Below, piece by piece: positions 1-12,754 of a DNA stretch of 64,000 nucleotides. The position numbers were made by a program, and so were the translations under genes. Each line of letters starts with the position of its first letter. Within the stretch, counting starts at the first letter, position 1. Below the pieces are notes generated by a model. The model did no database searches. It saw only the letters and a list, made by a program, of their open reading frames with translations, and was not told the origin of the DNA. The stretch is from Mobula hypostoma (Eukaryota), in the NCBI RefSeq assembly GCF_963921235.1, contig NC_086097.1:128714001-128778000 (forward strand), read 5' to 3'.

Positions 1-84
1 TCTATCTTCCAAATGATATTGAGAAGTTATTATTTGTTACAATCATAATGCCAATTGTGGGAGCTTGCTGTGCACAAATTGGCA

Positions 85-358
85 ACTGCATTTATCTCAC
101 TGTTGTAAGACTATTGAACAGTCCCCTTGTACAATAAGATGGACTGTTGTCCTCACAATCTACCTTGCACCTTATTGTGTGCCAGCACTGTACTTTCTCT
201 CTAACTGTAACACTTTATTCTGCATTCTGTTGTTGCTTTCCCCTTGTACTACCTCGCTGGACTGATGTGTTGTAATGATCTGTATAGGTGGAATGCAAAA
301 GAACGGTTTTGTCTGGACCTCGGCATATTTGGCAACAACAAATCAATTTACCAACTTA
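85..358 (+). mobile_element. 3' end of Rex1/Babar-type LINE (decayed)
   Basis: Similar to the 3' ends at ~6140-6420, ~10870-11105 and ~59200-59650 (the region after the SFYPTVIRLLN-like C-terminus); ends in an (aatttacca)-type tail. Confidence 0.6.
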
Positions 359-1126
359 TCAACAGGAATTCTGCAGATGCTGGAAATTCAAGCAACACAC
401 ATAAAAGTTGCTGGTGAACGCAGCAGGCCAGGCAGCATCTCTAGGAAGAGGTGCAGTCGACGTTTCAGGCCGAGACCCTTCGTCAGGACTAACTGATGGA
501 AGAGTGAGTAAGGGATTTGAAAGTGGGAGGGGGAGGGGGAGATCCAAAATGATAGGAGAAGACAGGAGGGGGAGGGATAGAGCCAAGAGCTGGACAGGTG
601 ATAGGCAAAAGGGATACGAGAGGATCATGGGACAGGAGGTCCGGGAAGAAAGACAAGCGGGGGGGACCCAGAGGATGGGCAAGGGGTATATTCAGAGGGA
701 CAGAGGGAGAAAAAGACCTCCTGTCCACGGCCTCCTCTATTGTAAAGATGAAGCCACACTCAGGTTGGAGGAACAACACCTTATATTCTGTCTGGGTAGC
801 CTCCAACCTGATGGCATGAACATCGACTTCTCTAACTTCCGCTAATGCCCCACCTCCCCCTCATACCCCATCTGTTACTTATTTTTATACATACATTCTT
901 TCTCTCACTCTCCTTTTTCTCCCTCTGTCCCTCTGAATATACCCCTTGCCCATCCTCTGGGTCCCCCCCCCACCCCTTGTCTTTCTTCCCGGACCTCCTG
1001 TCCCATGATCCTCTCATATCCCTTTTGCCTATCACCCGTCCAGCTCTTGGCTCCATCCCTCCCCCTCCTGTCTTCTCCTATCATTTTGGATCTCCCCCTC
1101 CTCCTCCAACTTTCAAATCCCTTACT
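359..1126. mobile_element. Penelope-like element fragment with inverted partial terminal repeat
   Basis: 717-845 (+) encodes ..CKDEATLRLEEQHLIFCLGSLQPDGMNIDFSNF*, typical of the PLE GIY-YIG C-terminus. ~509-716 is an inverted copy of ~912-1126. A hammerhead motif lies at 455-490 (-). Flanked by the 14-bp direct repeat aatttaccaactta (345-358, 1127-1140). Confidence 0.8.
455..490 (-). ncRNA. Minimal type I hammerhead ribozyme motif (PLE-associated)
   Basis: Minus strand reads AGTC-CTGACGA-AGG GTCTCGG CCT-GAAA-CGTC-GACT: core CUGANGA/GAAA, stem I AGUC/GACU, short stem II, palindromic ACGU in place of stem III, GUC cleavage triplet. Confidence 0.75.
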
Positions 1127-1194
1127 AATTTACCAACTTACCAATTTTCCTCTATGACAGTGACTGCTGTTCAAAAGTACTGTTTTGGTTGTGG

Positions 1195-1426
1195 ATTTAA
1201 AAACGTAAACACGAGGAATTCTGCAGATGCTGGAAATTCAAGCAACACACCTCAAATTTGCTGGTGAATGCAGCAGATTCGGGCCGAGAGCCTTCGTCAG
1301 GACTGACTGATAGCTCTTCCTTCAGTTAGTCCTGACGAAGGGTCTCGGCCCGAAACATCGACTGTACCTCTTCCGAGAGATGCTGTCTGGCCTGCTGCAT
1401 TCACCAGCAAATTTGAGGTGTGTTGC
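1195..1426. mobile_element. Fold-back palindromic PLE-terminus insertion with hammerhead motif
   Basis: Arms ~1242-1311 and ~1322-1426 are inverted; the left arm has an internal deletion. Hammerhead motif at 1328-1363 (+). Flanking direct repeat tttggttgtgg (1184-1194, 1427-1437). Confidence 0.8.
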
Positions 1427-2087
1427 TTTGGTTGTGGGGTGCTATCGGATATACTAAGATTGTGAAAGCTACTGATTCTTCTTTTCATAGTGTGAAAGTT
1501 GGAATTGATCAAAACACTAAACTTGACTGGACATTGTGCTAAGGAGCCTCTGTACGCTCTTAAAGAGAAGGGATTTCTGTCTGCTTCATTTTCCAATTTC
1601 CTGCATGATTATCATTTATTTTATGGATTGATTTAAATCTCATCATTTCATCGTCATTAATTCTCACCATTTTACGAGCCCAGCATATCTGTCCTCGAAA
1701 CTGTCTGCTTACTTTCCCACCAGCTTCTGACATTTTACAGTTATAGAGCTATACAGTTTTGCTGATGCATAAGAACATTATGAGATTTCCTGTCATTCTT
1801 CTGCACACTGAGAGTACACAAATAATCTGTTTCTTTCTTCAAGCAGCCTGGGTGATAAGTAAAGCCCACTATGCATCTTGATTTTGATGAGGGAAATCAT
1901 TCCATATCTTTTTTAGCCAGAAATGATTTTCCATTTGGTAAAAAAACACCTGCAAAAGCCAGAATCATTCAGTTGTCCACAGATGCACTGTTGATTTACT
2001 CTGTCTATGTGAATGTGGCAATCTGACGTAACCCCTCCAAAGCACTAAATCTGAGTGTGGTATCATTTATTTAGCCATTGCCAGATC

Positions 2088-2585
2088 CATGTGGGCCCCT
2101 TATCTAAGAAAGTTTGTTTTGACATTGGGACGTTCATGAGAATGATCCCAGGAATGACAGGGTTAATATATGAGGAGTATTTGATGGCTCTCAGCACGTA
2201 CTTGCCGGAGTTGTAAAGAATGAGTTGGGGGGGTGGGTGGCGGGAATCTCAGTGAAACTTATTGAATATTGAAAAACCTAGATAGAGTGGACAGGGAGAA
2301 GATGTTTCCTATAGTGAGGGAGTCTAGGACCAGAGAATACAGCCTCAGAATACAAGGGTGTCCCTTTACAAAAGAGATAAGGAGCCAGATGATGGTGAAT
2401 CTGTGGAAACTATTGCCACAGATGGCTGTGGAGGCCAAACCATTGGGGATATTTAAAGTGGATACTGATAGGTTCCTAATTAATAAAGGTGTCAAGGCTA
2501 TGGTGAGGAGAATGGGATTGAGAGGGGCAATAAACCAGCCATGATGGAATGGTGGAGCGGACCTGGTGAATGAATTCTTATGTCC
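2088..2585 (+). mobile_element. CR1 LINE 3' fragment
   Basis: ORF 2269-2544 (LDRVDREKMFP..SRTREYSLRI..VVNLW) matches the C-terminus of the CR1 ORF2 at 50076-52493. Confidence 0.85.
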
Positions 2586-5500
2586 CCAGTGAAATTTGAC
2601 TGAAGTCCTACATCTAGCAGCCCTGGCAGTTTTAGAGTCACAAACCCTTGTATAGCACAAAAAAGAACTTTGTGGCCCACCACATCTATGCCAAACTTAG
2701 TGTCCAACTGCACACAGCCTAAAGCACATGCTCATATAAAATCCAACACAATATACATTCTCAGCCCCACAATACACAGTCTCTATAAAACACTCTCTGA
2801 CCAATACTCTCTCACCCACTCTCCCACCCATAGTCTCTCACGCACTTTCCCAGACTCTCATGCATATACACACACTCAGACACAGAGAAAAGTAACATAC
2901 AACCTTGCATGTATTCTAACACAGAACCTCTCCCGCACATACGACCTCTCACCCACTCGCGCATGTAAATTCACAGAAATGTAAGTTTGTGCATTATCCC
3001 ACACAAACACTCCCACACACTCATGCACTCAATCATACAATCTCTTTTACTTATACAAAGGCTTTCACGCTCAAATACCAATGAACATCAGCTACTCTTC
3101 AAACAGCTCTGTTATCTTCATCAACTTGGCCCCAAATCAAAGGTCGTAACAGACATGAGACCTCAAAGAAATTAATACTGAAGGTCTCAATGATACCATA
3201 AAGAAAGCTATCCCAGAATTGCCTCATGTACAATCCGGGATCGTCCAACAAACATGAGCTCCAGGGGTGTCCACTGTGTCTGAACTACTCTGAAGTCCAT
3301 AATTAATTATTTGCAAAAAGTCCTTTCAACCCAACAACAATGTCAGCACTAGATTGATGAGAATGACCAGGAGATCCACAGATAATTATCCACAACCGTT
3401 AGGCATTGATGACCCCACCAAACCTGAACAGAAAAGGAAAAAACAAACATTTGAAGGCCAAGATCAAATAGGGAACTCAGGACACAGAGGTAAAATGATT
3501 AAAGGCACAGAAGCACTGCTGGAAAGAATACTGTGACTCTCTTGCCATGAGTGCTTTGACTCCATACCAGAATAAACTATCCAGCCCAGCCTAGCCCATA
3601 ACATATAAATAGTTGAGAAGTCCATATGCCAACAATAAATAACAAGGCTTTGGAGAAGATCCCTACTGAAAATCTAAAATTTACCAGGGAGGAATTTCAG
3701 TCTCAGACCTCAGCTCCCACATTCATGTCACTCTAATCCCTTGCCCACACTCCCTCACACTCACATTCACACAAACATTCAACTCCTCCCTGCTCCTTTG
3801 CTTGTGGTCCTACATTACCTGAGCAACTTGAAGTGATACTTCCAGCAGGGTCAATGAGCCAACAGTGGCTGACTTTGTATCGCTTTGCACAAAAACTATC
3901 TCTTCAAATTTAGTCGTACAGTGTAGGAATAAGCCATTTGGTGCTTCAATCCTGCACCCATGGTGTTGACTCCACTTATCTTCGTGCACCCTCACCCCAT
4001 CCCCCAGCTAAGCACTAAATCACTGATAGTCCACTGGATTCAGCTCACACAGCACAAAAGAGGAAACTAGCCTGATGTCTTCTCACCTCAATGCCTTTAA
4101 TGCTGCAAGATCCGGAAGCTTTAACTCACAGCCTTCTGTAAGACTAACATGATTCTAATGACTTTACAGAAACTGTTATTTTTCCAACATCAGATTAAAA
4201 GCAAATGAACCTTGGTTTTAGCCACAGGCAGCACTGGCGATACTTTGTGTGTGCAACGGTTTTCATCAATTACATGTTATTTACATTTTAACATAACCTA
4301 AATTGGCAATTATCATTTGCTGAATTGGGTAGAATAATAACTTTCTACTTTCACTGTGTTCTAAGTGACTCCAATAATCACAAATAACATTTAAAAATAC
4401 AAAGATTTCCCTTTTAGTCAGCTCTGCTCTGTAGGTATTACAAGCCTAGTTGATTTCTTAAATAAATATCTGAAAATTAGACCACTGGAAGCTCAAGATC
4501 CTTACAATAAAAATAAACAGCATTCATATCACATTGTTAACTCAGGAAAATAATCAAAGGCAGGCTATATGAATACTATCAGGAAAAATATAACCACCAT
4601 GATACAGAAAGGACCAAAAGACTGGACAAAGAGAAAAGTTTTAAGGAATTCTATGAAAGGGATAGGGGGAGGGAATTCCTACGAACAGGACTAAGATAGT
4701 GGAAGGCTGTCAAAAGCAGAATGATGAAAATTGGGAGTTTGTAAGTGAAGGAGAGCAGGGAGCTAAAGGCAGGTAGAGGGAGAAATTAGGAAGGACAAGG
4801 CTATGGAGGGATTTGAACTCCTAAAATAAAATGTCATTCTGGGATCTGCTGTAGGTCAGCAACACAGGAGTGATCAGTGAAGGGGACTTTCTCCCTTATC
4901 AGTACTTTATGATCCTAAAACGATCAAATATTTCTTATAAATGTTTACCCCTCTAAAGCAGAACTGCTCTTTACCACTTTGCAATACTGTGTGATTGATT
5001 ATGCAGTGAGGTACTTGGGATCTGCATTTAATACAAGGCTAAATGGCTGTGAATGTTGTTAAATTGACAATGTGAAATATTTGCCCTGAAAACCAAAGGG
5101 GCACTCCACTAAATGGAGCCCCCAGTTTCCATTCCAGAGGTCAGCATTAACAGGCCTTGCATACAATACTATCTCCTCCAAACCCTCAAACTTGTTTGAA
5201 TAAAAGAAATTAAAGTGAGTCTTTGTATTACCATTTTACACTGTGGAGATCTCAGTCTTAGGCCAAGTCAAGAGGCTGTGATAATTTTGTAATGATGTCG
5301 TTGCACAAAGAGCCTATTTGTTCATGTCTTAAATAGGTCCCCTTTTATTTTTGCACTCCTAGTATAGGAAAGGTCAGCATCTGGCGTGTTATCGTGAGAA
5401 CTTAATGAAAGTTTTATAACTCTTGAAATGTTTATGACCCTCACACTTAGTGGCTTGTCTGTCCAATTAATGGCTTATTATGAACTAGCTTACGAGAGGC

Positions 5501-5729
5501 TGCAACAGAGGGCTGGACTTCAGCCAGCTGCATAGCTTAGATGTAAATAATCTGTTGCTCCTGTTTGCCTGGCTCTTCTCTTTAGGGTCACAGATCAATA
5601 GAACAATATGATTCAGAAACTCTTATCTGGGAAGTAATTTGTCTCCAGGGATCAGTGGTGAACTGAGCAATACTTGAAACTTTGCTGTGAGTTAGCAGTG
5701 ATTAATTTTGGCATTAGATGTTATCGGCA

Positions 5730-6420
5730 TAGGATACAAGTTCCTAAGTGCAAATAACACCAACAATCTGAACTGGTCCTGCCATGTGGACACTGTGGCC
5801 AAGAAAGCACACCAGTGCCGAAACTTCCGCAGAAGTCTAAGGAAATTTGACATGCCTCCAGTGCCACTCACCAAGTTTTTTATAGATGTACCATAGGAAG
5901 CAACCTATCTAGATGCATCACAGCTTGATAAGGCAAGAGCTCTGCTCAAGACAGCAAGAAATTGCAGAAAGGTGTGAACACAGCCCAGTTCTTCACACAA
6001 TTCAGTCTCCTATCCATTGATGCTACACTTCATATTTCCTCAGAATAGCCAACTTAATCAAGGAGCTCGGTCATTCTGATATCTCCTCCTCCTAACAGGC
6101 AGAAGGTGCAAAAGCTTAAGAACACATACTACTGGGCTCAATGACAGCTTCTGTACCACTGTTTCAGACTCTTGAACAGATCTTTTATACACTAAAGTTG
6201 ATCTCTTCCATCTCCCAACTGATCTCATCATGTCATTTGCACTTTATTTGCTTAATGGCCATGTACATTCTCTGTAACTGTAATGCTACATTCTGAACTT
6301 ATATATTTACTTTTGTACTACCTCAGTGTACTTATGTATAGCGTGATGTGTATGAACAGCATGCAAATAAAGCCTTCCATTGTATCTCAGTATACATCAA
6401 AGTGATAAATCTATAATGAA
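5730..6420 (+). mobile_element. Rex1/Babar LINE 3' fragment
   Basis: NNLNWSCHVDTVAKKAHQCRNFRRSLRKF motif followed by the family 3' UTR. Confidence 0.75.
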
Positions 6421-6461
6421 TTAATTATCCATTACTGCATAGAAGGAGACCATACATCCAT

Positions 6462-8445
6462 CATAAGACCATAAGATACGGGAGCAGAATTAGGCCAATT
6501 GACCCTTTAAGTCTACTCCGCCATTTCATCATGGCTGACCTAATTTTCCTCTTAGCCCCAAACTCTTGCCTTTTCCCCTATCCCTTCAGGTCCTGACTAA
6601 TCAAGAACCCATCAACCTCTGCCTTAAATATACATAAATATTCGGCCTCCACAGCTACCTGTGGCAAAGAACTCAACAGATTTACGACTCTCTGGCTAAA
6701 GAAATTCCTTGTCGTCTTCGTTCTAAAAGGATGTCCCTCTATTCTGAGGCTGTGTCCTCTGGTCTTAGACTTTCCCACCATAGGAAACATCCCCCCACAT
6801 CCACGCTATCAAGGCCTTTCACCATTTGATAGGTTTCAATGAGGTCACCCCTCATTCTTCGGAATTCTAGTGAATAAAGGCCCTAAGCCATCAAACACTC
6901 TTAATGTGACAAGCCATTCTATCCTGAAATCATTTTTGTGAACACCCTCTGAACCTTCTCCAGTTTCTGCACATCCTTTCTCAGATAAGGGGCCCAAAAC
7001 TGCTCACAATCCTCCAAATAAGACCTCACCAGTGCTTTATAAAGACTCAATATTACATACTTGCTTTTATTTTCTAGTCCTCTTGAAATGAATGCTAATA
7101 TCACATTTGCCTTCCTCACCACAGAGTCAACCTGCAAATTAACCTTTAGGGAATTCTGCACAATGACTCGCAAGTCCTTTTGCACCTCAGTTTTTTGTAT
7201 CTTTTCTCCAATTAGAAAATAGTCAATCCTTTCAGTTCTTCTATCAAAGTGCAGGACCATACTCTTCCTGGCACTGTATTCCATCTGTCATTTCTTTGCC
7301 CACTCTTCAAACCTGTCTAGGTCCTTCTGTAGCCTCTCTACTTCCTCAAAACTACCTGCCCCTCCACCTGTCTTCATATCATTTGCAAATTTTGCAACAA
7401 AGTAATCAATTCCATCATTCAAATCATTGACATATAGTGTATAAAGGCTTCCTTTATTCCCACTCTTTGCCTCTTGCCAATCAGCCACTGCTTTATCTAT
7501 GCTGGAATATCTCCTGTAATACCATGGGCTTGTAGCTTGTTAAGCAGCCTGATGCGTGGCATCCTGTCAAAGGCCTTCCGAAAATACAAGTGCACAACAT
7601 TAACTGAGTCTCCCTTTGTCTATCCTGTTTGTTATTTCTTCAAAGAATTCCACCAAATCTGTCAGGCAAGGTTTTCCTTGAGGAAACCATGCTGACTACA
7701 GCCCATTTTATCAAGTGCCTCCAAGTACCTTGACACTTCATCCTTAATAATTGACTCCAACATCATCCCAACCACTGAGGTCAGACTAACTGGCTTATAC
7801 TTTCCTTTCTTCTGCCTCTCTCCCTTCTTGAAGAGCGGAGTTACTTTTGAAACTTTCCAGTCATCTGGAACCATTCCAGAATCTAATGATTCTTGAAAGA
7901 TCAATAGTAATGCCGCCACAATCTCTTCAGCCACCTCTTTCAGAATCTTGGGGTGTACACCATCTGGTCCAGGTGACTTACCTATCTTCAGAACTTTCAC
8001 TTTCCCATGATTCTTCTCTCTACTTATGATAACTTCACATACTTCATGACCCGACACCTGGAAATTGACCATACTGCTAGAGTCTTCTACAGTGAAGAAT
8101 GATGCAAAATATTTATTCAGTTTACTGGCCATTTTGTTGTCCCCCATTACTACTTCTCCAGAATCATTTTCCAGTGGGTCTGATATCCACTCTTGCTTTT
8201 CATTTACACTTTATATATCTGAAGGAACTCTTGGTATCCTCTTTAATATTATTGGCTGGCTTACTTTTGTATTCCATCTTTATCTTCTTAGTGACTTTTT
8301 TAATTGTCCTCTGTTGGTTTTTAAAAGCTTCCCAATCCTCTAACTTCCCACCAAATTTTGCTGTATTATATGCCCTGTCTTTAGCTTTTATGTTGGCTTT
8401 GACTTCTCTTCTTAGTCACGGTTGTGTCATCTTTCCTTTTTAGGA
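6462..8445 (-). mobile_element. CR1 LINE ORF2 3' half, degenerate
   Basis: Broken ORFs 7662-8147, 7288-7488, 6919-7284 and 6578-6790 carry KSPGPDGVHP, QHGF, KFAND and LVRSYLE; cataagac tail at the left end. Confidence 0.9.
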
Positions 8446-9298
8446 TGTATATATCCTGTGTATTCAAAGTTGCTTCCAGAAATTCCAGTCACTCATCATG
8501 CCTGTGAACATTGAAGATGTCCAATTGTTTTGAGTCCATTGCTCTTTTCTCAGAATCCTGTAGATCTCTTATCCAATTCCTTCTTGAACCTGCATTCACC
8601 ACTTATTTGAATAATATGTTTAGAGCATAACAACACAAGGCAATGGATATATGTCTCACCTCTGACTTTGTATTTGTCAACTTAAATCTGTGTCCTTTGG
8701 TTACCAACATCAAAATATGCTTCTCAGTGGCCAGCTTACCTTCCGAAGGATTTCTGTTGCAGCCAGAAACAGATCTAAGTCTTGTGTGAAGCAGTTCAGA
8801 GTATGGATGTCCTTTGCACAAGTCTGTGAAGACAAGTGAAATTAATTTAAATTTGCCAGTTTGCAAAGAGGTATGCAGATGTGCCTGTAATACTATGGGG
8901 TACGTAGGACTGTAAGCTCACATTGTCCATTTTGGTTTTGGATGCCATTGCCTCTGCTTGCCACCACCTTGTGTTTTATTACAGGGTTCATATGTCACTG
9001 GTGACACTGGCATTTATTGTCCACATCTGATCGCCCCCAACCTTTCACCATCACTGGGCCAACTTCCTGGCTCTCTGACAGTGTTAGGGGAGTGAGGGAC
9101 AGCCATCAGACAGGTCCTTATGGTGGTAAATAATGCCTCTGAATATCTGAATTCTGAATCTTCAAAGCTGAGTTACAACCTTGATCAAGAAATTTTAGTT
9201 AGTTCTTGCAGTAACATCAAATAACATTCACCATTAGATGTAGGTTAATCAACAACAAAATGTGAAGAATGGATTTACATTTCCAAGTTACACTCACA

Positions 9299-9860
9299 TA
9301 CATTAAATGGTTACTTTACCAGGCACACTTATACACCTGCTCGTTAACACAAATATCTAAACAGCCAATCATAATGCAGCAACACAATGCAAACACAGAG
9401 GAGAGGTTCAGTTGCTTTTCAGACCAAACATCAGAATGGGGAAGGAATGTGATTTAAGTAACTTTGAATGTGGAATGATTATTGGTGCCAGATGGGGTGG
9501 TTTGAGTATCTCAGAAGCTGCCGATCTCTTGGGATTTTTATGCACAGCAGTCTCCAGAGTTTACAGCGAATGGTGCAAGAAACAAAAGTCACCCAATGAG
9601 AAGAACTTCTGTGGGTGAAAATGCCTTGTTAATAAGAGAGGTCAGAGGAGAATGGCCAAACTGGTTCAATCTGACAGGAAAACAGCAGTAACTCAAATAA
9701 CCACACGTTACAATAGTGGTGTGCAGAAGATTATCTTTGGATGAACAACATATTGCACCTTGAGGTGGAGGGGCTACAGCAGCAGAAGACCATGAACATA
9801 CACTTGGTGACCTCTTTACTATGTATAGGAGGGTACATAATAAAGTGGCTACTAAATTTA
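9299..9860 (+). mobile_element. Tc1-like DNA transposon, internally deleted
   Basis: MGKECDLSNFECGMIIGARWGGLSISEAADLLGF is a Tc1 N-terminal HTH region. Degenerate TIRs (cattaaatggttacttta / taaagtggctactaaatt) are bounded by TA. Confidence 0.8.
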
Positions 9861-9863
9861 CAG

Positions 9864-10140
9864 TACAAGGGGTGATTGATATGTTTGTGGCCTAAGGTAG
9901 AAGCAGTCAATTTTAGAAACCTTAGCACCTTTATTTTTCAACATAGTCCCCTCCCACATTTACACACTTAGTCCAGCGGTCGTGGAGCATTCGGATCTTG
10001 GACCTCCATAAAGTGTCCACAGATGGGTGATTGATAAGTTCATGGCCTAAGGTAGAAGGAGATGAATTATACATCTCTCGTTACATGCACATGTAGGTCA
10101 ACTCTTTGAGTGATTATGCAGAAAGTTTGAAGTTAATATC
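9864..10140. mobile_element. mariner-like non-autonomous fragment
   Basis: Begins TA-caaggggtgattgat.., and ggtgattgata..tggcctaaggtagaag recurs at ~10027-10058. Confidence 0.55.
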
Positions 10141-10589
10141 TCATCCTTCAATGTTATGAGTATACTACTCATAACATTGAAGTATGAGATATATCAAAGT
10201 TTCACTATTCTGCTTCTTTCTCCTGCTGTATACCTAAGCTGCTTCTTTCTGGCTTTACAACAGATACAGAATTCTCTTTTGGTTTTAGTTTCAGATAGAT
10301 CCCAACTATAAGGAATTTCACGGAGAAATTCGCACATTCTCCCTGTGACTGCATAGATTCCCAGGTCCTAAAGGCATGCTCGTTGTTAGGTTAATTGAGC
10401 CTTGGAAGTTGCCCCTAGTGTGTATGTGAGTTATAGAGTGTTGTGGGATCTGATGGGAAAGTCCTGAAGTCTCTGCTTTTGACTTCACAACCCACACCCT
10501 AAAAGGTTTTGGAGCCCACCCACTGTACTTCTGCAACTGGAAGTTGGGTGTTGATACTAAACATCGCTACTTCCTCTGAAGATGAAAGA

Positions 10590-11105
10590 AATTTGGCACG
10601 TCCCCATCGACCATCACCAATTTTTATAGAGAATTCTATCACTGCTTGATATGGAAACTGCCCTGTCCAAGGCTGCAAGAAAGTTGTGCACGTGGCTCAG
10701 CACATTACAAGAACTAGCCTCTCCTGACCATGGACTCAGTCTGCAGTTCTCTCTGCTTTGGTAAAGCAGCCAACATAATCAAAGACCTCTCCCACTCAAG
10801 ATATTCTCTCTTTTCACCCTTTCCATTGGGTAGAAAATTCAAAAGCCTGAAAACACATGCCACCAGGCTCAAGGACAGCTTCTATCCCACTGTTACAAGA
10901 TGATTGAATAGACCACTTATAAGATAAGGTGGCCTCTTGACCTCGCAATCTACTGCATTATGTCCTCGCAGCTTATTGTCTGTCTGCACTGCCCTTTCTC
11001 TGAATTGCTTTTCTTTTGTACTACTTCACTGTACTTATGTAATAATATAATCCATAGGAAGACATGCAAGACAAAACTGTACAACATATGACAATAATAA
11101 ACTAA
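10590..11105 (+). mobile_element. Rex1/Babar LINE 3' fragment
   Basis: accaggctcaaggacagcttctatcccactgtt (TRLKDSFYPTV) plus the 3' UTR shared with 5730-6420. Confidence 0.7.
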
Positions 11106-12169
11106 TTGTCAGTTAATGAGACCTCAGTAGTGAGTGGTCCTTAGATGGGCTACAGATGAAGCTCTATGTCAAGAACACATTAACCCCTTTTGACAGGAGT
11201 CAGAGCTGGGGGAAGAGTTTTACCCCCTGTCAAAACCTATACAGCTGTTTGACAGTTTTCAAACACACCGGGAACTCACAAAATAATTTTAAAAATAAAT
11301 TTAAAAAGTTAAAAATATAAACAAAGGAAAGGCATGCATTAATCAATAGACTATTAAAGCAAACTAATTTAAGATAGGACCTTTTCCCAATAAACTGCAT
11401 TGAGATGAATGAAGAGTCTGACCCTACACGAAACCTATTTGATATGGGACTGAAATGCTGCATTCCCAGTTCAAATTCAGGGGATCCTGTCAAAGAAGGG
11501 CTCCATGTGGAGTCTACTGATGGAGCAGAGTGACAGATGCAGCAACATCTGTCACTCAGCTTGTCCTGGACTTACAGTGGGCCTTGTGCGGGAGCTCCAA
11601 CTCAAAGCTAGTATGATTCACATCAATTATATTTTCCAAAAGCACGGTTTAAAGTGTAAAAATGTCGAAATGCTGTGTGCTGCTCATGAAGAAGTGGCTA
11701 AGATATCGACTTGCATAGGCAATCCATCTCTCCTCAGCTGATTTATATATGCTCACTTGGTATCGAAACAGGCAGTGTGGCAGGATAGGAAAGAATGTAA
11801 TATTTTCACCGTGTGCAGTGACATAACTATTTTGTATTTCACTGAAAGCAAATCACTACTTGCAGTGTAATAGTCAACACCATTTATTCAAACAGCCACT
11901 GATGTAAACTAACCTTACTGAAGGATGGTGCTAGCTGGATGCTACTTATTTACTCTGTGCTTTTGTGGACTGCAGTACAACCAGATGGAAAGCTGATAAA
12001 TCCCTTCAGCTGGTTGAAAGCTTTCAAAGAAGGGGAGAACAAATACTGGGTTCATTGGCATGGATCTTTCAGAGTTCCCTGTATTCCAAAGCAATCCCCA
12101 TGAATAAAATGATAGTAAGAGGGCAAAAACAGGGGCAGTTAGTCTGTCATTCTTAATTAATAACATCTT

Positions 12170-12682
12170 CGTATCTTATCTAAGAAAGGATGAGCTGGCA
12201 CTGGCAAGGGGCCAGAGGAGACTCATAAGCATGATTCAGGGAATGAAAGGGTTAACACATGAGGAGCATTTGTTGGCTGGAGTTTAGAAGAATGGCAGTG
12301 GGGGGGGGGATCTCACTGAAACCCTTGTGTATTGGAAGGCCTAGATAGAATGGATGTGGAGAGTGGGTCTAGGAGCAGAGGGCAGAGCCTCAGAATAGAG
12401 GGATGTCCATTTAGAATAGAGATGAGGAGGAATTTCTTTTGCCGGGAGCAGGGAGTCTGTGGAATTTATTGGCACAGATGGCTGTGGAGGCCAAGTAAGT
12501 CACTGAGTATATTTAAAGCAGAGGTTGATAGGTTTTTGATTAGTCAGAGTATCAAAAGTTACAGGCAGAAGGTTAATAAAATGGGTTTGGAGATGTAATA
12601 AATCAGCCATAATGGAATAGCATAGTAGACCTGATGGGCTGAGTGGCTTAATTCTGCTCCTATGTCTTATGTCTTATGGTCT
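12170..12682 (+). mobile_element. CR1 LINE 3' fragment
   Basis: ORF 12332-12598 (GLDRMDVE..SRGQSLRIEG) and a tatgtct-type tail. Confidence 0.85.
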
Positions 12683-12754
12683 ATCTATTATCAGGAAATG
12701 TCAGCAAATCTCATTGGCTTGGATTTTGTGGTGAATGATCACAAAGTTCAGGAA

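Noticed and set aside
408..1267. Overlapping 100-145 aa ORFs on both strands
   Set aside because: They are by-products of purine/pyrimidine-skewed PLE inverted repeats; only the last ~40 codons of 408-845 are real TE coding sequence.
2700..3080. His/Thr/Ser-rich ORFs
   Set aside because: Translation of CA-rich low-complexity DNA.
3170..3710. QGCPL-like RT motif at ~3262
   Set aside because: Possibly a very old LINE, but no second motif could be placed; too weak to call.
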